Assembly: GCA_046563655.1 (NCBI GenBank)
Contig: CM102290.1
Location: 310,001-374,000 of the forward strand
Direction: 5' to 3'
DNA length: 64,000 nucleotides
Source: Yuukianura sp. NJ FZ-2021
Taxonomy: Eukaryota
The notes below the pieces were generated by a model. That model did no database searches. It worked only from the letters and a program-made list of their open reading frames with translations, and was not told the origin of the DNA. Shown here in pieces: positions 1 to 12,900 of this stretch (position 1 is its first letter; each line of letters starts with the position of its first letter). The position numbers and the translations under genes are program-made.

Positions 1-3000
1 GTCAAACCCACAGAAGGTGTTTCTGTTCTCCGAAGCTTTAGCGAAGGCGGACATCCCCAATTTACTTTGTGCTGCACTCACTCACCCCAAAGCTGCTCCT
101 CACAAGGAAATGATTGCCTGGGTCATTAAAACTTACGAGCACTGTCTGCCAACACCTGAGAAAATTTTGCCAGTTGAAGACGTGCCAGAGGTTAGAATTT
201 TCAGTTTTTTTTGTAAGCGATTATTATAATTAATGTGTGAATTTATTTAAATCTTTTATTTTTTTCGGTATATAGACTGACGATGCTGAGCTGAGGAAAC
301 AGCGAGCAGCAGCAGCAAAAGCCCGATCAATGGCTTCAATCTCAACCATGCAAAAGAAGTTTCGAGCAGTGAATGCTGATCTCTTTGAAGAACATGATGA
401 AGATGAGTGTCAAAATCGTACTGAAGCTGATAAGCCAGTGGAACCAATCTGTTTGGGTCCAAACCGAACAAGTCAATCTTCGACTGAAGGAGAGTAAGTA
501 AATCTTTTGCTGTGACTTAATCCTTTTCTTTAAGATTTCAGAATTCAAAGAATTAACACCAACTTTGGGTATTTTTTTTATCTAAATACTTGTCTTTAAT
601 TTTTATGTTTGTTTTTAAGGTTACGATGCATCCTGTGTATGGAAAAACAAGACGGTGCGCCTCTCTTCACTTGTTCTCTCATTCAGCGCTCTGCTGTTCT
701 TGCCCAAAAGACTGATTACCCGGAATGGACGCTTGAATCGGTGGTAATGTTTCAATACCTTTTTTTTTTATAAAATTCTAACGAATTAACGAGGAACTTT
801 AATAATGTGAGATTTAACGTGCAGACGTTGACACAAAGTCAGAAAGCATTCGTTGTCAGACCTGACCTTGCCATTGGTATTTTCACCGGCTCTTGCGGAC
901 ATGTGATGCACCTTAGTTGTTGGAAACAACATCATGCCAATATCGTCGGACGTGAGAGGATGCGTTCTTTCCGTCACTTGGAACTGATTGACACGAATTA
1001 CAACGAGAGTCTCTGTCCCATGTGCGAGGGACTTCACAACGCACTCCTTCCTGTCTACCCACCGATTGAACTTGCTTATGTGGATCCTAACAGTGGCCAC
1101 CCTAGCATAGTCGCCAGAAACTTGGAAGATTGGTTGCGTCTGTTATCCTATACCATCAGAAATGTATGCAAAGAATAACTTTAATGTGAATTTTAACATA
1201 CTGGATTCTGATGAAACGATTCGTGATTCTGTTTTAGGTAACTGTGGATAATAATGGGCAGTATGAGTTGCCAACACTGCCTGAAAAGGAAGCAGAAACG
1301 TTTGGAAAGTTCTACACACCGGATAGCCACGTTATCAGATCTGTTAGTGAGAACAACTCATTGAAACTAGAGCCGGAAGACTTTTTGATGCAGATCGTCC
1401 AGGGTGCCCGAGTGCCCAGAATCCTTTCGAATATCAAACCGATTCCGATTCGAGAAGACGTGAGTACACCTAAAAATTGGTTGACTCATCTGATTCATCT
1501 ACTAATTTATGATTTATTGCTACCAATGGAATTTGCTGGTGTTAATTTCTAGGTTCAAACAAACCATGGTACCTTGATTGCCCTTTGGAACTCAATTGCC
1601 TTTACAATCACATCTTTCGAAATGAGTAACCGCTATCAACAAATCCCATTCTTCGGGGAAGACGTTCCTTCTCGAACGATGTTGACCATGACATACCTTA
1701 CACGTTACGGTGGTGTCGTTGTCAACCCAAAGAATTCTGTCCAGGTCAGTACTAACAGATTTTGCTCAATGGCTATAGTGAAACATAAGATTAAGATTCC
1801 ATTGGTCTGCTACATCTTGTTGTTAAAACTTGTGATTAAAAAAAACTTATGTTTGTAGCTGATGGCTGCTCAAATCATTGCTATTCGAACTGCCCAAGTG
1901 ATGCTCAACCATCAAGATCCTGGTGAAGAATATCTGGAGATGCAAGCACTTGATCCCTTCAGTTTGCTTGTGGTGGCTACCTTCTCGTTTCCATATTTGT
2001 TTGCCAAACCAGGAGCGAAGGCTCGAATCAAAGTGCCTTTCCCAGGGAAAGAAACGGTACAACTACTATGACTTACAACTGTAATTTAATTGTAATTGTT
2101 GAGTTTATAGTGCTTATTAACACTCTCTGTTTTTGTGAATGTAGGATGTGTTCATCTTCCAAACGGTGCTTTTCATCCACATGTCTCAACTGTTGCGTCA
2201 AGAAGTTTTCGTTGATCCAGTCACTCACGAGGCACGGAAAATCAAAAAACAAGAAGTTGGATACTGGGAGCGGTTTTGTCGGAAGCTTTGGGACACGCCC
2301 ATGGACTTTGTCGATTGGGACTGGGTGCTCAAAAAGCTTGAAGAACTCGTGTAAGTACTTTAGCTTAAGATGAGTGTTTTATTATTAATGTAAATCAGTG
2401 AGGAGATTTTACGTTCTAAGGATATGTGTTCTGTACTTTTAGGGTTCCATTTGTTACGTGCTGCTGTAAATTTTATGAATGTTACTCAACTATTAGCCCA
2501 ACTCACTTTCTACCTCAGGGGACCGATCTCAAAACAATGCTCAAGTTCCTTGGTCAACCAACAGACCTTCGGGACTACTTTGATTCGCCACGTTTAATCG
2601 ATATTGGATACTCGTAAGATGTCTAAAACAAAATTTTAAGGTTTAGTTTGATTCTTAACTCATTCGTTAAACTTTGTTTCTTTTTTTCTCTTAAGATACA
2701 TGCTGGCGGACAGAAGAAATAAGCAGCCAGTACAAAAGTGCAACTTGTTCCCACGAAAAATCCGAACACTGGTGCAACTTCCGACGGATTTTCTTCAACT
2801 TGTCAATTCTGCTGCCCGGTATAGATGCAACTCACCTTCACTCTTGGTTAGCGAATCTCGTCATCCGACTATTTGTCTCATCTGTGGTGAAATGATGTGC
2901 TGCCAAGTATGATTCCAACTTTTAAAGTTCCAAATGACCACTTGTATGTAAATAAGTATGGAACTAACTCAAATTTGTTGTCTTCCGCAGTCACCATGTT

Positions 3001-3433
3001 GTTTAAAAGTTCTGGAAGGACATGAAATCGGCGGATGTGCTTTTCACGCCCAAGCGTGTGGTAATGGAACCGGAATGTTTCTGAGAATTCGAGACTGCAA
3101 GGCCTTCGTCTTCACTGGATTCGGGAAGAGAGGTAAAGTGATAGTTCCGATTAAATTAAGTTCACAACTTAAGTAACATAATGATTTAAACTTGTGCAAT
3201 TTTTGGTTTTAGTCAACCAAGGGTGTTACGTCACACCGCCTTACGTGGATGAAAATGGTGAGCCGGACCAGGGACTTCGACGTGGAAATCCCCTCACACT
3301 TTCTGCCGACATCGCCGAGTACTTGGAGAAACTATGGATCAATCATGGAATACCGGAAGAAATTGTTCGAGTCTCCGAGCGCAACCTGTCCGTGCCTTCA
3401 GCCATTCACTACACGAATTGGCAACACTTCTAA
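1..3433 (+). CDS. Ubr1: UBR1/UBR2-type N-end-rule E3 ubiquitin ligase, 3' portion (multi-exon, 5' end outside window)
   Basis: Spliced exons give AAAAKARSMASISTMQKKF, the RING-H2 pieces RCILC / GSCGHVMHLSCW / CPMCEGLHNALLP, and the C-terminal UBR motifs PTICLICGEMMC, GGCAFHAQACGNGTGMFLRIRDC and PPYVDENGEPDQGLRRGNPLTL. GT-AG introns; stop TAA at 3431-3433. Confidence 0.93.
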
Positions 3434-3993
3434 ACCAACCTCAGCAAACATACACGCAAATCACATATAAAAACATAAGAACAATCATACATACAGCAGG
3501 CCATAATCTCCGCCAAAAGAAAAATTCGTAGTGCGGATCGCTACAGAATGGCTGGTCTTTCTTCGTCACGATACTCGCTTTGGCGATTACTATTATAGAA
3601 ATTAAAAATGGCATTTGTATCCAGAAAAGTATCATCCAGTCACCCCTGCATGCCAAATAACGTTTTACAAAAAGAAAAGTTGTTATAGTCCGGAAAAGCA
3701 CACGTCGTCCGGTGAAGGATTGGAAAGTTGTAACGCTTTAGCATGAGGGTGATTTACAAAACAAAGTAATTTAAATCTGCCCTGGTGGATAATAAACTAT
3801 TTTATTAGGATTGTTGTTCAACATAACAATCAAGTAAAATCGAGAAAAGAGAGTTTCGGAAATAGAAAAGTAGAAGAGCACGTTATGTATATTATGTGTG
3901 GTGGTGACTAACGCTTAGCAGACTAGTTCATTCATTGCTGATTCAAAAAAAATGTTAAGCTGTTGTAGGAAAAAACTGGCAGTTTTAGTTTCT

Positions 3994-6900
3994 TCACTTC
4001 GCTGCGGTTTTAGTAGAAGTTGTGGAAGGCCAAGGGAAAGTTCTACTGATGAAATTTGACAAGCTTTCACCGTGGTTGTGTTCTTCTCCTTGACTCAGCG
4101 TTTCTTTGAGGTGAGGTCGAAGTGTTTTGTTCCAGAGGTTAGTAAACCATTTCTCAGCTACTTCTGGATCAGTTGGACAAGAGAGGAAAAGGCGTGGACC
4201 AATGGGAAGGTGACCTCCTTTCTCCAACTGCTCATTCACTTTGGCAAATAGATCCGAAATCCAATGGAAGACTCTGACTAATTCACTCATTTCAGCTAGG
4301 CCGTTGCATTCAGCTTCAATAAGGCGCTGTTCCAAGAAGCGACTTACTAAACCTTTGAGCGGATCTCCAAAAGGACTCAACTCCACAATCCTATTGAACA
4401 AAAGAAGTGAATTAGCTTACAAGATCCAGGAGTTAAGTGTATAAATTGAAATTTTCAGTTTAACTTCCAACCTGAACGACTGGAGAAGATTTGTCTCCGA
4501 ATGCGACTTTGTCGTCGTGACGATCAAGAATGGAGTTTGATGTGACTTTGGAAATGGATCTCTTCTAACGTCTTGGAAGTTTTCAATGATGAGTACAGAT
4601 GGAAAATCGCCTGGACCCCAGTCATTGGCCCAAACTCCAAAGTATTCTTCAACTTCTACAACCTCTCGTCCCTCAGCAGAAAAAGTTGAAATTGATTCTG
4701 CTGAAGGCTCTTTTCCTTCTCGACTGACCAGCCATTCGGCTAGACGGTTAGCCAAATACGATTTCCCGACAGCCCGAACGCCAGTGAGCAGAAGTCGTCG
4801 CGTATCAGTCAAGTGTCCAATCCACCTAAAAGTTTTAACAAATGTTAAAGTGATGTTCGTTTCTCCAAAGAATGTTTAAGATTCAATGGCTGATTTACCT
4901 TTGAAGCGTTTGTTTGTGTAGAAGCGTTTGAAACGCTAATGCATCAACTGCACCAGCATCAGTTGACCCCTTCAGAGAAATTTTTATCCTGTTGACATCT
5001 CCGACAAGATACCCGCACGGAAGTAGTTCTGGTGGACCACCATCTCTTGATCGAATCACTTCTCCTACAGTGTAAGACTGAATTGAATCTGGACTCAGAC
5101 CGAGGGCCGCAACAGGGTCAATGCGACAAATATACTCCTGTAATTAACCAAAATCAATTAGACAACTACCATAAATCATAGTAAATCTTAAATTAATCCG
5201 AGTATCTTACCTTGAAAAGCCGCCTGATGAGAGAGTCGAGGAGATCCCACTTCGTGCGAGCAGAAACACGAACTTTCCCAATAGAAACTTCAGAAAGACT
5301 TTCAGCTTGGCCACAAGAAACGACGACCATGACTCGCTTCCCTTCTTTGTCTCCTGGACCCGTCAGCTCAATGTCTGTAAAAAAAAGTAGAATTTGATTA
5401 ACTTTTAATTGAATTAATTAAAAAATTAACTTAAATTTTAATTACCGATGAATGCTTCGCCTTTAGTCCTTTCTCCTGAACCTGAGTCCAAGGCCTTGGA
5501 AGCCACGAGTCGCTGCAGACGTTCGTTCTCTTGTCGTAAGCTGACCATCTCACTCTGAAATAAAAAAAAACATAAAAATGATATTAATTTCAAAATTTCA
5601 ATACAACGTTCTCCCATGATCTCAAAAGTTTCGTTTTTTGTTTTGTTGATTCTTTCTCGCTAATTGGCTCCAAACCTCTCGTAGTTCTCTTCTTAATTTT
5701 TTTGTTTTTAAATTTATTACATCTTCCAAAAACCTTCAAAAAACCAAGCCTAGCCTTTTGTTAAGTTGTCATTTCTCTTTCCATCCCAATGCACATAAAG
5801 TTCCAACCATTCTGCAACTTGTTTTCTCAAAAACCTGTTCCTTTTTTTTTCAAAAAGTCGGTCTTTTTCATTCGTTTTCCTCACAAATTGTTGCTTCTGC
5901 TCTCTCATTTGTAAAAATAAATTAGATTAAACTTTACCCTCATTTTGGCCATTGTCTCCTTCATGGATTCCAGTTGATGAGCAGAAGTAAGAGCTTCGAG
6001 TCTGATGTCTGTTAGAACCATCTCCTTCTCTCTTAATTGCCTCCGGAGGTCATCAACTGAGCGGTCCCTCTCTTCTCCAAGTCTGCGTTCATTCAATACC
6101 ACAAGAATTAGAATCCATAAGAAAAGCTTTCGGCTTAATTCTATATCTTCTCCCAAATCTTACGGATTGGATCCTGGAACTGGTTCTGCTTTGGAGGGCG
6201 CAGAGGTGCCATTTCCACTCAGATTCTCTCTTTCATCCCCTCTTCCCTCTTCATCTTTCACTTTTCCACCCTTGGATCTTGAAAAAGCTTTTGAAAAGGA
6301 GCTTCTCAACTGAAAACAAAAATTGAATCAAGTTCTAAACTCTTTTTTAGGAAAATTCATTCAAAAAATGAAGGAATCTTGATAATGTAAAGTGGCTCTT
6401 TTACCCAGCCCTTGTTGCCTCGAGGTCGGTTGTTGATGTTGACTGGTTGTTGAACAGGAGGCGAAGTCTGAGAGTGGTTACTTGTAGCAGATGAAATGGA
6501 ATTTATGCTGGACACGGAATCGGCAGACAGTTGACGGCCAATTGGACTTCCATCTCGTGATGTTCCTACATTAAACAGAATTTGGCATTAAATTCAATTT
6601 CCAAAAACTATTAATCCACCAACTTGGAAAAAAAAAAGGAAAAAAAAACTTTGTGCAAACTTCGTTCAATTTTTTATCCAATTACCGGAAGAAAGTCTGG
6701 GAATGACTAGACCAGCCTCAATGCTCTGTTTCCTCAAAAGTTCAATTGTTTGTCTCAGTTCCGACAGTTCAGAGTCCTGTTCAAATCAGCCCATTAAAAT
6801 TCATCACTTTCAAATAGACTTCTTCCTTTAAAATTTTCATTAAAAATACTGACATGTTCCTAATTTTCCGTAATTTCAAAACCATAATTACATTTCCCGC

Positions 6901-9900
6901 ATACCTTCTGTTCTGCTGTGAGGGAAAGCGTTTGGAGTCGATGGGTCATGTTGGCCAAGGACTGTTCGAAGGCTGCCACTACGTGTGCCTAAAATCCACA
7001 AAAACAAACTCCAATTACATTAGTCATCAAGTCTTCCAGCAAAAAACGGGGGAACCAAGAGGTTCCCTTATACGGCCTATAACGGTTCCCTTATTAGAAA
7101 GCAAAAGTGTTTCTCCAGCACCAGTTGAGTGATGGACAAATCGCATGTCCAGACAAAATCAAGTTATTACACCCACGCAACATCAGGCTGTTCACCGAAG
7201 AGGTGTGGTCATGTACCTCTCTACACTGATGTGGTTCCAGCAGAGGGCAACTTCTGTGTCGCTGTTGCCTCGTCGCAAGTTCCCACCACGGAAGATCTCT
7301 CCGCAGTCTCCAATGTACTTCCTCAGCACCTCCAGCAATACTTTTCTCAGACACTGACGTCCGAAGTCTCTGATTCGTCGACGGAGCCGGCGGTGGAAAA
7401 TTCTTGTTCGGCAGCATAAATCTCCTAACCCTCCGCCGCAAACTTTCTCTGAACGGAACTTGGGCAGCAGTACTGTTTGAACTATGCTGGTGACTGGATC
7501 CATTCGTTTCAGTTCTAACTGTCGGAACTGCCAGTTGAACCGGAAAACTAGCACTTGCTGCAATTGATACACGAGTGGGGCCTTTGCGTTTCCTCACTGT
7601 CGCAAATCCGTCATGAACCATAGTCCTCTGTCCAGTGTTAGCACCAGGGTCAAAGGAATGTCGCAGAGCGGGAATCGCTGGAGGCCGGATTGTGTGAAAC
7701 AGCTCCGAGCCGATTCCATTTCCAGCTCGATCAGCCGCCATTCACTCAAACTAAAGTAATTACTGGAAGCAATAAGCTTGCCACCAGAATTCGATGGACA
7801 CGACAGAGTCGTTACCACTTCGGAGGCAGAGAAGGAACTAAAAAGTGCATGGAAAGTGGTTTCACAACATAACAAACACGTTCATCGTCTCCTCATGAAA
7901 CATGCAACCCTGCCCCACTGAACTGACGTAGAGCCCAAGGGCCGGAACAAAAGTCTCCGAAACAAAGGAGATGTCCACATTCCTCCACAAGTCACGTCCT
8001 CACTACAGATCGTCTACGACATCATCCCTCACTAACGTCCATCTCCATAAAGACTAACGAAAACTTCATCTTCCAGCAGAAGACGAAACCAGGAACCAAA
8101 TCCAACCTGAGGCAAAGAACCTCCACCAAGGAACAACAATCATCTCTCCAAAAATCCTTCAACTTGACTCATTTTTCTCACTCACGCAAACAATGGGCTA
8201 AGGAAAGGGCTCAACTTGAGGAATAAGGGGGCCTTAAGGGACGGATGAAATCAACCTAACACCAAAATCTCTGACCCTCACCACAAAGTCATCTCTAAAG
8301 TACTTAGACCTTGTCCAACTTTTTAGTGAGTGTAAAGATGTCAAGGGATTTTCCAAGGGATAACAACATTTGAGGTGCTAATGCTCCACATTTGTTCACT
8401 TTCAACTCACTCAGATCCTCCCCCGAGATATGTCACGCACGCATGTAACCAAAAAAAAAAACTACGAATTTCTCAAATTTCAAAATTTCCGAATTTCAAA
8501 ATACTAATGAAATCACAAATGTCACCCTCATGACGACTCCCACGCTCATTCACGCTCAGATTCACATCACAAATTTGCAAAAATTTTGGCACACAAAGTC
8601 AAACAAAAAATTTCTCACGTTTGTGGACAGTTGGTTGTTGAGGGTGTGAATCTTTTCGTGATTTTCTTGGAGTTCTCTTCTTAGTTTCCGCAGTTCATGG
8701 GCCTGCTTCTCTTCATTCGTAGAGTAAATTGAGGATGCGGTAGACACAAGACTCAATGAAGATCCACTCACTAAATGCAAAAACAAGAGCAAACTTCATT
8801 AGCACCTCCGAAACGGAATGATTAGTGACTTGTACACTTACACTCTTCGTCTTTTGGTGGTCGTCCAAATCCTGTGTACGGAGACATGGACAGACGCAGA
8901 GGTTGATTCTTCTGCTGGACACTTGAACCACCGTAAGTCGTCGTCCCTGTCCTAAAAAATTGACATGAGAACTTTAGCACTTTACAGAAATTTGTAACTT
9001 AAAACCCTGATTGATTAAATTCTCAAGTTACCTCGTAGGTGTACCATGAACCGAAGTTGTGTCTCCATGCGTTGTTCTGGAAGGAAAGAGTAGAGGAGGT
9101 TCCTCCGTTCGGTGTAACATCGATGGATAAATTTTCTCAGATTTCGTGGACCTGGAACATAAAATTCTTCGTTTTTGTTCTGTTTCTTAACTTAAATTTG
9201 AAGACTAAAGTACCTGGGAAAAGTCCTCTCGCAGAAGTGGCTATTGGAAACATACAAACATACAGGAAAAATCAGAAATCAGTAGACAGATTCAACCAAA
9301 AAAAAATTAGTCAACATAAAAACAGGCTGCAGGCATCAACAGTGTCAATAAATTGGCAAATATAGAAACCCTTTCCAGAGTTCAGATTTCAGATTTCATG
9401 CAAAAGATTGCAGATTATTACAATTTTGACGTTTTAAAAGCACATTTTCACATTTCGTTCTGCTTGACGCATGCAACCCGTTAATATGATGAACATTTTA
9501 AGTTGATTACCTTATGCTGTTACTTCTGTTGAGTCCGGGTGACTCCCGTGGTGGACAACATTGTTGATTCTGCGCACTGGCTCTGCTTCTGGCTCTGTCT
9601 CTACCTTGAGTAGCAGCAGAAGACGCTGAATTCAGAGATTCCATGCTTTCTCCTTCCGTCAAACTTCCGCAGCCTAGAAACAAAAACAAAAAACACAATG
9701 TAGTCAACTTCCTAGAAATCATTTTCCAAATTTCGAAAATTTTCAAAACATGAAAATTTTTAGATAATTTTTTTAAAAATCGTACCTGTATTGAGCTTGC
9801 TGGAAGTGCTATGAGCGGATGATCCATAGGGTGAGGAGTGTCTATTGGGTGACTGGTAAGATGCATAAGTGTCTCTGACTTCAGAATAAATAGCATAGGG

Positions 9901-12900
9901 TGACTCTCGTGTAAATCCTCTTTCCTTTCCTCGTCTCGCGTCCTCTTGTTGCTGAAAATGGTGTTGGAGACGATGCTGGTGAAGGTGATGCTGCTGGTGC
10001 TGGATGGAATTAAGAATGGCTGCGTAGTCTGCGGAAGCTCCTTTCGGAAGACTGTTGGATCCCACGAGAATCCTTTGTCGAAGGGATTCAGAGAGTTGAG
10101 CTGCAGTGGGCGAAGTGAGTGAGAGGGACTTGGCTGATTGTGTGGTTGCGTAATCTTGAGCAGAACTGAGGTCGTTTGTGGTCTGAGTCCCTCCGCTGAC
10201 CTTGACCCTTGTCCTGGGTCTGCCCTTTGAGCTTGGCAGTAAATGTGGTGGGGGACGTTGAGCAAGAGTTGTGTGGGTTGTCATCATTCTACTATCATCT
10301 CCCTTGTTCTGATGATGATGTGCTAGATTCTGCTGAAGTGAATTCTTCATGGAGACACAATTGGAAGGCGTTGAGGTCCGTGCATAACCAAAAGACAGTT
10401 TAGGCCGACCACTCCACTCGTCGTTTTTTCCATTGTGGCTTCCGTCCACAAATTCCGCACGTACACCTAGAACAATCATTCGCAAATGTTTAATTAGCTG
10501 TTAAATATATTCCTAAAATACACTATTTCACGGCGAATATCTCGCAGGGCATCTGATGTTTTTAAAGCCAACCAGCAAAACACACCAAAAAAAAAACATT
10601 ATGTCTGGATTTTCACTTAAGCTTATACCCCAAAATATTTTAATTCAGTGCGGGGTATACGCCGTGAAATAGGGTAATTCATATACTTCTCTTTTTTTAA
10701 AATTCACCTGTCATGTTAGCGTCGTCGTCGTTTTCATGCGTTGCATCCGAACCACCCAGTTCTCTGTAAAACAAAAAATCAGCGTAATTCCCCATGAAAA
10801 ATGCGTTTGAACTTCTTAAACTTTCTTTTTAATTTCACTCACTTTTGGGACCAAAGCCAGAATCTGCCTTCTTCTTGTCCTTTTCCAAGACGCTAAAATG
10901 AAACAGAGGTCAGAGGAGGTTCAAAACAATAAAAACCAACTCTTTCTCTCTCTCCCTCAAAATTCCTGGAAGATGTTACCCGCAGTGAGGCGTAGGGACT
11001 GGAGACGTCTTCCAAGCAAGGATCAACTGGCACTTCGTTCACATCCGAAACTCCACTGGACAAGGAACTTGACTCTTCAAAACTAAAAGAACAACAGAAA
11101 GTTTAGGGTGTAATTTTAATGACACGAGCAGAAAAAAGTGGAGAGAAAGGAAATGCTCTCCTCCCTTTCCCTTCTTTCTCCAACTCCATGGAAATCGCAA
11201 TCAACCCTCCCCAGTATTGCTTCTGCTGTGCTGTTTTCACAAAAGAGAAGCATAAGGGAGTACTCAAGGGAGGATTTCTGCCAAAAAAGAACGGAGGAAA
11301 GGGGAACGAAATCGATATTGTTCTCATCAAACTAAAATCACCCTGTGTACTTGTACAGTACAAAAGTTGAGTCAGAGGGAAGTACGGCACAAACTACGCA
11401 ACGCTTCTCCTTCCTTTCTCCCCAACTGGGAATTCCTTCCAAATAAAAACTTTTTCAAATCCAGTACGCCACCTAAACCCACCCTTCTTCGCAAAAAATA
11501 GTGCGGAAATTAAAATTCCGTGCATGGGGAGATGACGAATTAGCAATTCTGCACGCGCAAACAATCTAATTCTAAGTCAACCTTTCGAGTAATCGATAAA
11601 AGCAACAAGGGAACAACGAGAAGATTAAACAAAAACTAATTTAAAGGCGACTTTTGTCTTGAATTCGCCGCGGTCATTACACTACTAACAAAAAATATCT
11701 CCAGTAAAGATATCTCGAAAAAATATCTAGAGCTAAGTTATCGTGCAAAAAATCTCCAGCAAAGTTATCTTGAAACATACATCGATAAAAAGTATCTTGA
11801 AACATATCTGGCATAGCTGGCAAAATATGGCGAGCAACGTTATCTTGAGAAATATCTCGAGTACAGCTATCTTGAAAAATATCTCGAGCAACGTTATCTT
11901 GACAAATATCCCGACCAACAGTATCTCAATATCTCGAGCAAAGGAATCTTATCTTAAAAAAATATCGTAACGTTGCGTTAGAAATACTTCTTGCGCATGC
12001 GCAGATAACATGGCATGGAAAGCTTGGAAGCGTAAGTAAAAAAAAAAAAATTCGGCTCACCTTTCTTCCTTGACTTTAACTGGTTTTCCAGAATTATCCG
12101 AAGTGGCTGCATTGAAGAAAAAATCTAACCAGTGAATATTTGTCAACAAAATACAAGTTAGCTCTTGAGGTCACCAATCATATCAACTGAAAATATATGT
12201 AAAAACGTACCTCTGAAGCCCAAATCTGATCCAGATGATGGCGTCGATGTTGGTTGTGGAGGCATTGGCGACATAAACGGTGGACTTCCAAGTATCGAGT
12301 ACGTAGATTTCCTTTGAAGCGACGGAAGGACGTCCATAGGAACAACATTCTTGAGCACCTCATCCTCTTCCCAGTCTTCACTCTCAGTTAATTTCTGACT
12401 TTTGATTGTCTCTTCAGCACTGTCCTTAATACTTTCTGGACTCGGTTCTACGCCTATTACTGGACAAGGAACGTTCGTTGCAGAACCAATTGTTGGCATC
12501 GGGGCAACAATGGCCTTCAATTCTCTCTTGTTTCCGTTCATTTGAGCTACTTCCGTTTTGCCCTCTGGCACCAATCGCTTCTTCTGTTGGAACAAAGTTT
12601 TGTCAAGCCCATTCGTTGGATTTGTAGTTTGTGCTTTGGTGTGACCCTTAACTGCTGCAGTAGGTTTTGGTTGAGGAATCATGGTAACCTGATTATGATT
12701 TGAAGGAGGAGATGTGACGGAATTGGTTGGGTGTTGCTGCTGATGTGATGGCGGTTGATTGTTATTGACAATGTTTGGTCTCGTTGGAATTCCTGTAGCA
12801 GAGTATCTCAGTCTTGCATCTCGATTGGAAGACAATGATCGTGGATTGCGAAGGAACGAAGTAGAGTTTCCGTTGGTTGGAAGTGACTCTGAGCTAGCAG

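Noticed and set aside
11733..11970. Repetitive ORFs (KITLLEIF...)
   Set aside because: Translations of a minisatellite.
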